Shown here piece by piece: positions 46,101 through 58,354 of a stretch of 64,000 nucleotides of DNA. The translations under genes and the position numbers were made by a program. Every line of letters begins with the position of its first letter. The first letter of the stretch is position 1. This DNA comes from Callorhinchus milii (Eukaryota). The stretch is from NCBI RefSeq assembly GCF_018977255.1, contig NW_024704743.1, forward strand, positions 75,208,001 through 75,272,000, in the 5' to 3' direction. The notes beneath the pieces were generated by a model. That model saw only the letters and a program-made list of their open reading frames with translations. It ran no database searches and was not told where the DNA came from.

Positions 46101-49100
46101 CACTATCTGGTGACTTCTGCTGGGAATGTGTGGCAGATATTGTCTGTGTTGTAGATATGGTAGATACTGTGAACGCAGTATCAGATTCGGCTCTGATGGA
46201 ATAATCTGTCTTGCAAGGTGCTAGAATTTGGCTGCTGCCTGTTTAACTACAGCTCAGCTGAAGTCAGGCCATATCCAGAGAGAAAGCTGTAACACAGGAT
46301 TGGATTGTCTTCATCCTTGTTTTATCCTGACCAGATTGAGCACGAATCACAAGGTTGTGTATTTGAGTGCTACCTTAGGGAGACATTGAGCTCAAACCTA
46401 ACTGCTCTCCGCTGGGTTGAGACCATTAAATTCAGCAACAGATGAGTGATTTGAGACACTGGGGCTGGAACAGTGACCGTGTACTGGGAGTTAGCTGCTA
46501 CTCCAGCACCCTGGGACATCCAATGTGAAAAGACGCTATATAAATGCAAATCTGAATTCTGGATTGATGCTGTTACAAACACCATTTGTGTCTTGTACAC
46601 TTGTAATGAACTATTTTTTCAATTGTCTCAGAGTGAAAGCCCTGGACAGCTTCCAGACGCCACAGAGTCATGTTCTTGCCACAGCTTCAAGCGACGGGTA
46701 TATTAAATTGTGGAAGCTTGACCTTGAAAAGGTTGGTATGGCTCTCATTTACATAAATCCTTGAAGTGTGCCTGGAAATGGAATTATACACTTTAGCAAA
46801 ATAGGACCGTCCTGTCTCTGAATGTGCAGGAGCCCTGAGACCACTGAGACTTTGATCCCTCTGTGATACATTTCCCTGTAAGTGCTCAATATTTCCTGGA
46901 GTTTTTATAGCTGCAGTCAAGACAACAACAACAACAAGATTACATTTGTTTAGCGCCTTTCACGTCGGGAGGACATTGACTTTGAGATTCAGAGACATTC
47001 ACAGAAGTTTGAAGCTCTTAAAAATAGATCAAGGAATTGAGGGGCAGCATTGAGAGCAATAGATGTATATTTTATTGTGTTCTGTTTTGCTCTGTAGCTG
47101 AGTCTTGATGTCCCAAGACTTTGCTCTGTGCTTTATCCAGGAATGCCATATTTTGGAAATTTTCCACTCTTCATTGATCTCTTTCTGGGATGGGTTTGCT
47201 AGTTTTCTCAACAAAGCTCCCTTTTCATTGGCTTACAATTCTCTCCAATCTTGGATGAGCAAAGAAGCAGTGCAATCTTTTTATTTTCCACAACTGTGCT
47301 CAGTTCTGGCAGTTCTTGCTCTAGACCACACCCACTAGGTACTGGGTTGACGTCCTCCCGACGTGAAAGGCGCTCTATAAATGGAATCTTGTTGTTGTTG
47401 TTGTTGACGTTTTGCTTAGAGCCAAATTCATTGTCGGAGGTACTGTTGTTTGTATGAGACGTAAATCCAAGGCACTGTCTGCCTATTCCATTGGGCGTTT
47501 ATCCCATAGCACTATTCAAAAACAGAAGGGAATCTTGGCTAACAGTTCCCCAAATAAAATTGATCATTTACTCACTGGCTGTTTTAGGACTGTGTACAAA
47601 TTGGCTGCTGAGTTTGCCCACAAAATACACACAGTTACACCACTTTACAATATATCCTCTGAAGTGCTTTGAGAAATCTTTATGATATAAAGTGCTGTAT
47701 TAAATGCAAGGATTATTATTATAATCCCATTGGGGCCTATTCAGTTTGTAGCTCCTGCTGAATAATGTATAATATCAATCATAGAAATTGCAGCACAGGA
47801 GCCATTTGGCCTATTGTTACTGTACCAGGTTAGCTCCCTCTTATATAAACCATTTTATGGTTTCTTCAAGTGTACCTCTGTGGTTAATGGATATAATCTA
47901 AGCCTCTATTATGGATATTGCAGCTACAAAATTCTCCGTTGCTGCTGGGTAAAGTGAGCACCTCGGCTAGACTAACCTGTTTAGCTGTTTGGCTGTCAAA
48001 CGCTGGAGAAGAGCCTAAAGAGGAAAGCAAGCAGTGCGAAGGTATGGATGCAAAACATTTCATGGTTTGAATATTCAGTCTGCCATTGCATGACAATCCG
48101 TGCATGAGTTTATTTCTAGATAACGAATGTTGAAAATACAGAGAAGAAATGTATATAATGTTGCACCTAAAGGTTACTGATTCAGTGCACAGACAATGAT
48201 ACGTCTGTTTCCCAATGTGACTTGTTACCTTTGGTGGCAATGCTCTCCCACATTTCGTGCTCAGCCATGTGGTTGATCAGCAAACTCACAGGGAGTTCCT
48301 GATACCTGCCGTCCTTCTAATGAGAACTCAAATCTGTGCTTGTCGGATGTCAAATGATCAACTGTAGTTTGTGGAGTCCTGTAGCTCAGTGGTTAGAGCA
48401 CTCGCTTTGCAAGCGAGAGACCTGAGTTCAATTCCAGGCAGGGAGAAACCTTGGGCAAGTTTCCTTACTCCACACGCCTAATAATAATCCCTCCAAAAAA
48501 ACAAAAAACAATAATAAAATTGGTCATTTTCAATCTACGACTGTTTGTGGGACATTGCTGTGCGCAATTGGCTGCCGCGTTCGCCCACAAATATACAGTC
48601 AATTCACTTTACAGTGTGTTCTGTGAAGCGCTTTGGGACGTCCTCCCGACGTGAAAAGCGCTATATCAAATGCAAGGATTATTATTATTATTATTATTAA
48701 CTGGTGACTATCTTTGAGGGGAAGTTAAGCAGGGTTCTCCTTGGAGCTGAATTGGCCCCAATCTGATATCTTTGCAACAGAATGTCGGAATCGAGCCAGC
48801 CCTCTGTGGCGGTTGGAATTAGTTCCTGAGCCAGGTGGGTCCTCAGTACTCCAGGGCACTGTTGACGACAGCCCAGCAACCTGGCTGATCAGCAGGACTT
48901 GGAGGGGCAGACCAGTTATTGCAGATATTCTTCCCACTCAGCTCCTTTAACCTAGTAGGCCAAAGTCAAAATTGGTAAGGGTGGTCCTTAGCTGGACAAG
49001 CAATGAGGAGTGTGTTTTTTAGCTAGTTAAGTTCCAGCAGTAGCTCAACACACACTTTGGGGGTCCCCAAGCCTTGGGTCTTGATTATCTATGTCTAATT

Positions 49101-49754
49101 ATTCTCTGAAATTAGGTAAATAGGATGTGTCCCTCTGGAGAGAGAGAGTGTGCATTCTATCCATTCCATGTATAGGTGGCCTACTTGGAATTCTAGGTCT
49201 GGTTTGGTTAAGCATAATAATGGATTTATGATGGATCAAACACCCGTCTGTTCCCCATGATAAACAATAAAGGATCATAACAAAGGATCTGAACGATTTT
49301 TAAAGGATTATTGGCCAAGATAATAGGAGAAACTTCCCTTTTAATTAGTGATGGGATCATCATAACCTTTTTAAAAAAAAGTCTAAATGTGAGAGGTGCG
49401 AATGTTTTGAAAAGTCATTGTATTGTAAGCTGCAAAAGACTATTTGGGCTTTCCTATTTAGTGTGTGCTATATTTCAGTGATCTCTATAATAAAACCCCT
49501 GTGAATATTCGCTGTGTGAAGAACAGAATTTGTCGGCGAGCCAGCCTAGTCCCGTTTAGTGTTTCTAATTATTTCCCTCCCTATTTTCAGTTGCAGAAAA
49601 AGCAGTTGGTAATAAATTGCCAGGGTGTAAGAAAAAGTTAGTAAAATGTAACCCTGCGGAGGAGACCGAGCAGACAGAGCAGACGAAGCAGCAAACAACA
49701 CAGAAGAGAAAAAAACAGTCGAAAGAAACCAAGAAGAAAAAGAGGAAACAATAA
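40126..49754 (+). CDS. PAK1IP1: PAK1-interacting protein 1 (WD40, Mak11-like 60S biogenesis factor); 10 coding exons, 373 aa
   Basis: Exons: 40126-40209 (..AGSYEQILFGF), 41678-41840 (DFTHHAHTASL..GSKDETIQLYDM), 42987-43107 (TITCLEFHG..), 43263-43337 (HPSGKLALSVGTDKTLR), 43698-43750 (TWNLIDGKSAFIKN), 44717-44862, 45512-45609, 46632-46731 (ATASSDGYIKLW), 47924-48041 (ARLTCLAVW), 49591-49754 (Lys-rich tail, TAA). All GT-AG, 1122 nt in frame. AATAAA at 50042. Confidence 0.95.
40210..41530 (+). repeat. C-rich minisatellite, core CCGTCAGGGCTAAT(A/G)CTATA plus variable C-tracts, roughly 35-40 copies
   Basis: Visible directly; fills most of PAK1IP1 intron 1. Confidence 0.95.
48373..48699 (+). mobile_element. 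Young tRNA(Ala-like)-derived SINE, full length
   Basis: Head GGAGTCCTGTAGCTCAGTGGTTAGAGCA..TTGCAA..GAGTTCAATTCC (A and B boxes), body, L2-like 3' end and (TTA)n tail. Confidence 0.9.
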
Positions 49755-50589
49755 ATGAAGAAAGTTCTTTCTTCAGGCTGACTTCAATACTGCAGCTCTG
49801 CAGATTCTGAATGATCTAAAGAGCTTTTTTGACAGTTTTACTCTGTGTACTGCTATTTGTCAAGTGTGCTCTTCAATGAATGAATGATATGCAATTGGAA
49901 GCATTGGTATGAGGGCTGTATGTAGTTGTCCTTAACACCTTGAACTGGCAACTTTCTCAGAGAGAGGTTATATCTTGCACACATGGACCCTTAAGAGCAC
50001 AATTCTTGAAATTAAAACATTGCATGACTAGACCATGACTTAATAAATGTTATTTTGGTGTAATTATCAGATTGATACTTTTTATACTCTTCTTGATACA
50101 TGGTTAGGATGATGATGAGATCTATTCACTGGAAGATAAGGCAGATGTTTGCAGAGCATGAGGTGATGGGCAGGTGGAGTTTCGTGTGGGAGAGGAAATA
50201 GTCTGTAGAGCTTGTAGGAGCTGGAGCTTATGGAACTAGGGAGGCCAATGAGAAAAATCTAGCCTTGAGGTGATGAGCATGGACAGGAATTTGATTGCAA
50301 TGGGGTGAGGTACCAGACGAGATGGACGATATTTCAGAGACGGAAGAAGGTGGTCAAGGATCTGATGTACACTATGAACTTGCATTTTTATGGTGTCAGA
50401 ACACAAAATAAATGTCGGGAGGACGATTGATAACTACATGCGAGATGTGAGATAGAAATGAGTTTCTATTATAGCTTCACTAATGTGCACGTCCAAGCGC
50501 TCGGGGACACCGCCCCAAGAGAAGGCGCTATATAAATGCAAGTTGTTGTTAGCACGTGACATGAGCTCCACTGCCTCTGTGCTTCGAGG

Positions 50590-50866
50590 AGCAGCAGTGC
50601 GCAGGCGCGGGGGAGGATTGTGAGCGGCAGCAGTGCGCAGGCGCGGGGGGAGGAGCGTGAGTGGCAGCAGTGCGCAGGCGCGGGGGGCGGATCGTGAGCG
50701 GCAGCAGTGCGCAGGCGCGGGGGGAGGAGCGTGAGCGGCAGCAGTGCGCAGGCGCGGAGGGAGGAGAGTGAGCGGCAGCAGTGCGCAGGCGCGGGGGGTG
50801 GAGAGTGAGCGGCAGCAGTGCGCAGGCGCGGGGGGTGGAGAGTGAGCGGCAGCAGTGCGCGGGGCA
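50590..50866 (+). promoter_or_regulatory. TMEM14C promoter: 36-37-bp tandem repeat with 7 NRF1-like sites
   Basis: TGCGCAGGCGCG at 50598, 50634, 50671, 50708, 50745, 50782 and 50819, plus a degenerate 8th at 50856. CACGTGAC E-box at 50553. Confidence 0.75.
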
Positions 50867-50896
50867 GAGGGTGAGGTGCAGTTGCTGCTCGGGCTG

Positions 50897-53800
50897 ATGG
50901 CGGTGGACTGGTTGGGTTACGGTTACGCGGCTCTAGTGGCGTCTGGAGGCATCATCGGATATGCAAAGGCGGGTAAGAGAGAGAGAGAGCGCGAATTCCT
51001 GGGCAGCTGTGCAGGGCAGGCAGGGCTGGGCAGGGCAGGCAGTGCTGGGCTGGCAGGGCAGGGCTGGCAGTGCTGGGCTGGCAGGGCAGGGCTGGGCTGG
51101 CAGGGCTGGCAGGGCAGGGCTGGGCTGGGCTGGCAGGGCTGGGCTGGGCTGGCAGTGCTGGGCTGGCAGGGCAGGGCAGGGCTGGGCAGGGCAGGCAGTG
51201 CTGGGCTGGCAGGGCAGGGCTGGGCTGGCAGGGCTGGGCAGGGCTGGCAGTGCTGGGCTGGCAGGGCAGGGCTGGGCTGGCAGGGCTGGCAGTGCTGGGC
51301 TGGCAGGGCAGGGCTGGGCTGGCAGGGCTGGCAGTGCTGGGCTGGCAGGGCTGGCAGTGCTGGGCTGGCAGGGCTGGCAGTGCTGGGCTGGCAGGACAGG
51401 CAGGGCTGGCAGGACAGGCAGGGCTGGACTGGCAGGGCTGGCAGGACAGGCAGGGCTGGACTGGCAGGGCTGGCAGGGCTGGCAGTGCTGGGCTGGCAGG
51501 ACAGGCAGGGCTGGACTGGCAGGCTGGACTGGCAGGGCAGGCTGGACAGGCAGGGCTGGCAGTGCTGGGCTGGTAGGACAGGGCTGTGCTGGCAGGGCTG
51601 GGCTGGCAGTGCTGGGCTGTGCTGGTTGGGCTGGCAGTGCTGTGCTGGCAGGACAGGGCTGTGCTGGCAGGGCAGGGCTGTGCTGGCAGGGCTGTGCTGG
51701 CAGGGCAGGGCTGGCAGGGCAGGGCTGGCAGTGCTGGGCTGGGGAAGGCTGTTGGATTAATGGCTGTATTTCTCTGATGAGTGAGTGTTGTCTGTTTTAC
51801 AATGTTATTCTTGCTCAAGTTTGTTGGTGAAGTCAAGTCCGGGCAAATTTGGCCCCAGGGACACAAAACCTCATCTGGGGACTGTCCCTGGAAATTGGGG
51901 GACGTTTGGACCCCCAAGTTGTCAAGCCCCACATCAGGACTTGAAGGTCACAGGTTAGCCTGACACCGGTGCAATGCTGAGGGTGTGCTCCACTGTCAGT
52001 AATAACTTTCATTTATATAGCAACCTTAAAGAAGGTGGTGTCTCAGAGCGCTTAACCCGGCCGAAGAGGAAAGGGGGCAATACAGAGGGATTGAGGCAGA
52101 GAGTTTCAGCCTGAAGGGTATAATGGCTGAAAGCATGGCCTCTGATGATAAAGCTGAGGGGACAAGGAATGTGGAGAAGGTCCGAGCTAGCTGAGTGGAA
52201 ATGTGTGAGCAGATCGGAGAAGTAGGGAAGTGTCAGGGCGAGAAGAGATCTGAAAGGAAAAGTGAGGATCTTGAAATCGTTCTGTTCTGGAGCAGGGAGC
52301 CAGCGGAGCCTGGCGAGGACTGGGGTGATAGGAGTGCGGAGCCTGGTGTGAGTGAGGACATGGGTGGCAAAGTTTTGTATCACATGCACCTCGTTTGTTT
52401 TGGAGCTGGGGTGATTGTTGAGGAGTGCATTGAAAAAATTGAGGCCAGAAGTTGGTTGGCAGGAGATTGTCAGAGATAACATCCTTTGGATGAGCTGTAA
52501 AACTGTGATCCTGTCTGCCGATTCAGGTAGATGTTAAAAATCCCATGGCACTATTCAATAAGAGGATGTAACTTCTCCAAGTGTTCTGGCGAACAATCTC
52601 CCAAATATAATTTGTCACTCGCTTCATGACCGTTTGTTGGACATTGCTGTGTGCCAATTGGCTGGTGCATTTGCCAACAACATACAGTCCCAACACCTTA
52701 CACTAAGTCCTGTAAAGTGTTTTGAGACATCCACTGGATGTGAAAAGCATTATATCAAATGCAGGTTTTACTAGTTTTTCTCCTGTGCAACTAGTTTCCT
52801 CTATGAAACTGCCACCCTTGTATCACTCAACAACAATAACAACTTGCATTTATATAGCACCCTTCACGTGGGGTAGCGTCCCGGAGCACTCCCCACACAA
52901 CTGCTCTTGTGTAAGATGTTTCCACTACAATTCACATAAAACTGTTATATCAAATGCAAGGATTATTATTATTAATTGCTTCCATGTTCCCAGAATATCT
53001 TTCGTATCGTTTCCCTGTGTAATGATGCTCGCTCTGTGACCTAAGTTAATAATATTCCTTGCATTTGATATAGCGCCTTATCACATAGTTGAGACGTCTC
53101 AAAGCGCTTCACAGAATATATTGTAAAGTAGATTGACTGTGTATTTTGTGGGCGAAACCTGGAGAGATTGACACCTCTGATGTGGACAGTGCTCTTGGAT
53201 TTAGTTTTTGACTCAATAAAAATACTGCTGAAGAAATTTTCATTGTGTATTGACTGGCATTTCATTGTGCATTGACTGGCTGGCAGTTTCAGACATGCCA
53301 CAGGAACTGGCTTTGAGTTCCACTTAGAGAAAATGGTCAGATTCATGCTTAAACCCTGCTCTTAGCTGAGATGAGGTGGATCACTGGGTCCGCAGTGTTT
53401 CTAGACTAAGGAGGTAAAGAAAATATTGCTATTACTGATCAACTGGAAAATATACATACGCCTGTAATGTTGGGTGAAGACAGGATTAGGCTTGGCTGGG
53501 GATGGGCCAACAGTTGAATAACTGGTCAATGTTCCAGTCTCATTAGTGCAAAATGTTGGCATTGGTAATAGACTGGAAAAATATCATTGCAATGTACAGT
53601 TTTTTTTTCCTTTTTTAAAAAGGTGGCAGAGGTCTTCTGCTCCACTGCGATAAATTCAAATGTCTTTCATTTCTCTCCAAGGAGAAAGGGAGGGGCAGTA
53701 GAAGAATGAGCCACACATTCAGTGTGGTTTGGGAAACTGTTGCAGTACTTATCAGGATAGTTAAGTCTTGGAACTATCTGTTCTGAGAAGGGTGGGGAAC

Positions 53801-56800
53801 AGCACACTATCTCAAAGTTACGTTCTTATCTATTTAACATTTTGTTGCAGATTGTTGTTTTTCATTGCCCCCACCCCCTGCTTATTATTGATGACAATTA
53901 TTTTAAATTAACCAATTGTGTCAAAAGTCTTTTACCTCTAACTGTACAATAAAACAATTTAGATAATAATAAATATTATTATCAAAACAATTTCAGTTTC
54001 ATTCAGTTTATAGGTTCCCAAATAAAACATATTTATAACCTATTAAAACCAATTAAGCTACAGGCGTACGTCAGCGCATCCTCTGGGGTCCCCAAGCCCC
54101 ACTCTCGCTAAGCTGCATCTAATACTTCAGGGAGAGAATCCACATTCTATCCCACCACAGAGAAATTTCTTTGGTGGTAAACAGTATGTTGGTTTGCATT
54201 CTCTTAAGCATGGTAATGGGTTTTTGCATGTATCTGACACCTAGCTGACTCGAAAAAAATACGTAAAGATCAATGATTTTGTCTTGTTATCTTGGAATGT
54301 ATTTTGCATTTAATGAAGTGTTTCTTCCACAATCAGGCAGTGTCCCCTCTTTGGCTGCGGGCCTGATTTTTGGGAGTATTGCTGGAATCGGTGCCTACCA
54401 GATCTCTGAAAATCCCCACAATATATGGCTGTCCCTATGTGAGTATTTGAATCCCTTTCTTCCACCTCGGGCACTGGCAGTATCAGCCTCCACGGCTGCA
54501 CACTCAACCTCACTAAGCCAGTCAGGAATCTGGGTATCTTGTTCGATCCTGAACTGTCCTTTCTCCCCCATATCTGCGCCATGATCGGCACTGCCTACCA
54601 CCACCTCCGCAACATTGCCAGACTCCGCCACTGCCTCACCGCTCAGGCTGCAGAAACCCTCATCCACGCATTCGTCACCTTACGGGAACTCCCTCCTCAT
54701 CGGCCTTCCCAACTCTTCCCTTCACAAGCTGCAGATCATCCAAACTCTGCAGCTCGTGTACTCTCACGCACCAGGCTCCGTGACCCATTGTTCCCGTTGT
54801 TTGGCATTAGATGTTTGCTGAATGGGAAGATATGATTATATCTGAAGGCACTGTTGCTAGTGCATAGTCATGTGAGAATGGTATGTTGCTCTGATGTGCT
54901 GTATCTTTGGTAGACATATGCTGCAGTGTCCGTACTGCCTTTCATGCTGTATGGACTGTAAGTTAATTCACCCCATCAGCGGCATGCTTAGCTATGTAAT
55001 TGGAAACTGACTGCAGTTTAATCAAAGTGGAACAAGGCATTTTAATTATTTGAGGATTGTGAAATAAGCAACCAATTCAAAACTAGAGCCTATTAAAAGC
55101 AAAAAAGTTTCACTTTCTGCAACTGTGCTTTTAAGTCTGTTGAACAAAAGGCTGTTAGAATGATCAATTTCATGTGAATTACTTTCCGACTCAGAACTGG
55201 AGAGCAAACGACTTCCAAGTGTGTGAGCTGGTGAGTCTATTGGGGTGGTATTTACACCACTTGATATTTAGCCACTGATAATTGGATCTATTTCAGATGG
55301 CTCAATATTATGGCAGGGCTCATTTATCATTTGATGTGCAGGGAATTCAGCCAAAGAATAGCTGAGAATTGAAATGTATCTGTCCGAAGTTTACTTATGG
55401 AAGGACCCACATATGGACTTACTCATTTTGTGTCTTTTTGATTGAAAGTTGCTTCAGGAACATTGACTGGAGTAATGGGATACAGATTCTACAATTCAGG
55501 GAAATTCATGCCAGCTGGTTTAGTCGCTGGGTTAAGGTAAGAATGACAATCTCCTTGTGGATGTAAAGGAATTTAACATTACCTTCTTAAGGCACACATT
55601 TTGATTGAAGTGATTGAATTACAGAATAACAAAAAAGATAATGTGTTAACTCTTTAAATGTATATCATGTGGAATCCTGTTACAAGGTTGTAGTTGAGAT
55701 CTATAAAATTCCAGCTGGCATGGAGGGTGTGATGTTACCAACGACCTCAAACCTGGAAGTCTGCAATTTTTTAGTGTGCGTGCGGGTAGCCGGCCAGTCA
55801 CTTAAGCAAATTGCAGGTCCACAGAGCACCCATAATAATAATCTGCATTTATAAGCAAATTTGTGGATAAGGGTGCACCTTATCATGGGTTTCCATTATT
55901 CTATATTTGTAGTATGCTACAGACCAAGGTATCAAACTCATTTTGGGTGGTGGGTCACACCATCTTGGGTTCACTGTAGAATCTGTGAATGTTCTTAATT
56001 TCTGATGAACAATTTGTTGAAAGGCTCTTTTCATCCAAAGGGGCAAATTTAGAGTCCATGTAATGTTCATCACATTGGATGGGCTGGAGGTAGACTAACC
56101 TCCCCCCCACCCCCCTTTCTTTCCGTGGTCTTATCACAGTGGAAACGCTGGGTCTGTGGCATTGGGTTTCTGAGCCATGAACTGCTGGCTAATGGATTTT
56201 TTTGATAAGTGAATAACATGGCAGTTGAAAGCCGTGAGTGTAAGTCCAATATTACAGGTCTGACTTTTTTGATTTACCCACTGCGGAGGAGACGGGAAGA
56301 GCAGAACATTTGGGAGAGAGTATCAATGAAGCAAATATATAGTGAAATCCTTTCACTGAGTCTGTTGTCTATCAGTGTTACTCTCAACAACATGACAAGG
56401 TGCTATCTCAAATGCAAGGATTATTATTATTATTTTCTTTTCATTTTGTAGTGAAGTCATACTCTTTGCACATGTGCAAGACTTTAGAAGTTTTTTTCCC
56501 CTTATCAACCCCAAACAAAATAATAGCAGTAGAGACCAGGAGACGCAACTGAACATCAGGTCATTTGCTCCCAGCCTTTTTCCTGGTTCTGCTAGTGCTA
56601 TTTAGGAGGCAGTGATCGGGATAAAATAAAATCTGCCTCAAAGGCATTGTGCATGTCTGAACATAAGAATGACATTGCAAAGTGAAAAATCTACTCCCTC
56701 CCCCCACAAACAGTAACATTGTCAGAAATAGATCCAATGATAGAAAGGGTCTAACCGTGGGTGACTTAAGTCAAGACATATTCTTCGTCTGCTCATACTT

Positions 56801-57152
56801 GGCAAATCCTTAGTTTAAAAGCAGCAAAAATAATGTCACATGCTAGTCACCTCATAGCCAGTTTTTATTTAAAAAACTAATCCCTCCCCCCAAAAATCAT
56901 TTGCCTAATTTAAGGGTACCAATAATCGTGCCTCTTGTTGAAATTTACTATAATGAAAACACCTATTTACTTCAATTTCTCCGCAACAACAAACTATGTT
57001 GCATTGTCTCTTTGTGATCCACATTGAGTTAAAGATTTAAATATGTTGCCTAGTTTCCTATGATTTAACATAAACCCTTGTTTTCTCTCTGCAGCATTCT
57101 GATGCTTGGAAGACTTGGTTGGAAGATGCTCCAAAAGCCCCATGATGCATGA
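50897..57152 (+). CDS. TMEM14C: Transmembrane protein 14C (mitochondrial, haem synthesis); 4 coding exons, 107 aa
   Basis: Exons 50897-50972 ([25 protein letters not shown]), 54337-54438 ([13 protein letters not shown]..), 55449-55536 (..[22 protein letters not shown]), 57095-57152 ([18 protein letters not shown]). GT-AG, 324 nt in frame. AATAAA at 57252. Lies between PAK1IP1 and MAK as in other vertebrates. Confidence 0.94.
51010..51745 (+). repeat. G-rich GGGCT/GGCAG-based tandem repeat
   Basis: Visible directly; starts about 40 bp into TMEM14C intron 1. Confidence 0.93.
52009..52460 (-). mobile_element. L2 fragment inserted in a Deu-SINE
   Basis: [29 protein letters not shown]; flanked by a SINE head (about 51930-51995) and a Deu body (from 52483). 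Confidence 0.7.
53350..53600 (+). mobile_element. LF-SINE-like ancient SINE fragment
   Basis: GGGTGAAGACAGGATTAGGCTTGGCTG..GATG..GTTGAATA resembles the LF-SINE body as I recall it. A second fragment lies at about 46065-46200. Confidence 0.5.
54460..54795 (+). mobile_element. L2 fragment
   Basis: [30 protein letters not shown]. Confidence 0.8.
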
Positions 57153-58010
57153 TTCATTTTTAACAAGGAAATTTATTATTGCTTCACCCTTATCATGTAA
57201 GCACACAAAATGAAGGGAACCTGGTTGGAAATATGCCTTTAAAAAATACAGAATAAATCAATAACAAGAACTTGCATTTTTATAGTGTCTTCACATGGGG
57301 TAGCGTCTCGGAGCACTTAACAGTGGTAGAACATGACACCAAGCCAGGGAAGTGGAGAGGTGACCATAACCATGACTGAAAAGGAATATCTTCAGGTGTG
57401 ATCTGAAAATGGGGAGGGGGCAGTCACCTAATTTGTGATAGGTTACTATCACTCATAGCTTACTTACTAATTTGTGATTTCTGATAGTTTACAAGCTTGG
57501 TTTGTTATAAACATTCTGGTTCATCTGCTGGCTGCCCTTCAAATCCTACCTAGTCAGACTCTGTGCTGTCATCAGCAGTGCCTTAGAATATGGTGGACCG
57601 TCTGGCTCAGGAACTGGACTGTCACAGAGAGCTGGTCGATTCCAACATTACAGTTTAGCTCCAAGGGCACCCCATTTAACTTCTCCAACTCCTCCCCCTC
57701 CCACCCGCCCGCAAGGATAGATCACAGAATTTTGTGGAAATATTGGAATATCACAGATGTTTTGGGAGAGTTGCAAGGAAGGATGGACATTTAATTATCT
57801 GGCTTGTTTAATACCTATGTTGTTCAACACTACATCATCTGCTGTACAGGATTTTTGGGGGGATTCAGTGATTTTCTGGACCTTGTCCATTGAATTCCTG
57901 AGCCTTCCTAGTTTCTAAGCATGGTATTCTAAGTGTTTGATCTAGCTCTGAGGAACTTTTGAATTGATGTCCTGTTCATTTCCTTTATCAATCTTTGCAC
58001 TTAGCTTCTA

Positions 58011-58354
58011 TAATAATACTTGCATTTGATATAGCGAAATGTCTCAAAGCACTTCACAGAATATACTGTAAAGGGAATTGACTATGTTTTGTGGGTGACA
58101 TGTGGCAGCCAATTGGACACAGCAGTGTCCCACGAACAGTCGTGGATTGAATGACCAAATTTTTTTAAAGGGATTATTACCCCAGGAAAAACGATCCGCC
58201 AATTGACTAACAACTGGGTTCCTACTTACTACTGGGTGAACAGAGGCGTGTGGAGTTAGGAAACTTACCCAACATTTTGCCCTGCCCAGGCATCGAGAAC
58301 CTAGGTTCTCTTGCTTGCGAGGTGAGTGCTCTAACCACTACGCTACAGGACTCC
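58011..58354 (-). mobile_element. tRNA-SINE, long variant
   Basis: Inverted GGAGTCCTGTAGCGTAGTGGTTAGAGCA head, with an extra internal segment compared with the 48373 copy. Confidence 0.85.

Noticed and set aside
48373..48445. tRNA-Ala(TGC) gene
   Set aside because: No proper acceptor stem, and it continues into a SINE body and tail found in multiple copies.
50855..51932. ORFs of 289-326 aa rich in G/W/Q/A
   Set aside because: TMEM14C exon 1 read through into a tandem repeat; a donor at 50972 ends the exon.
56002..56023. Hammerhead-like CTGATGA..GAAA
   Set aside because: Stem II does not pair in the required register, and no flanking stems I/III are evident.
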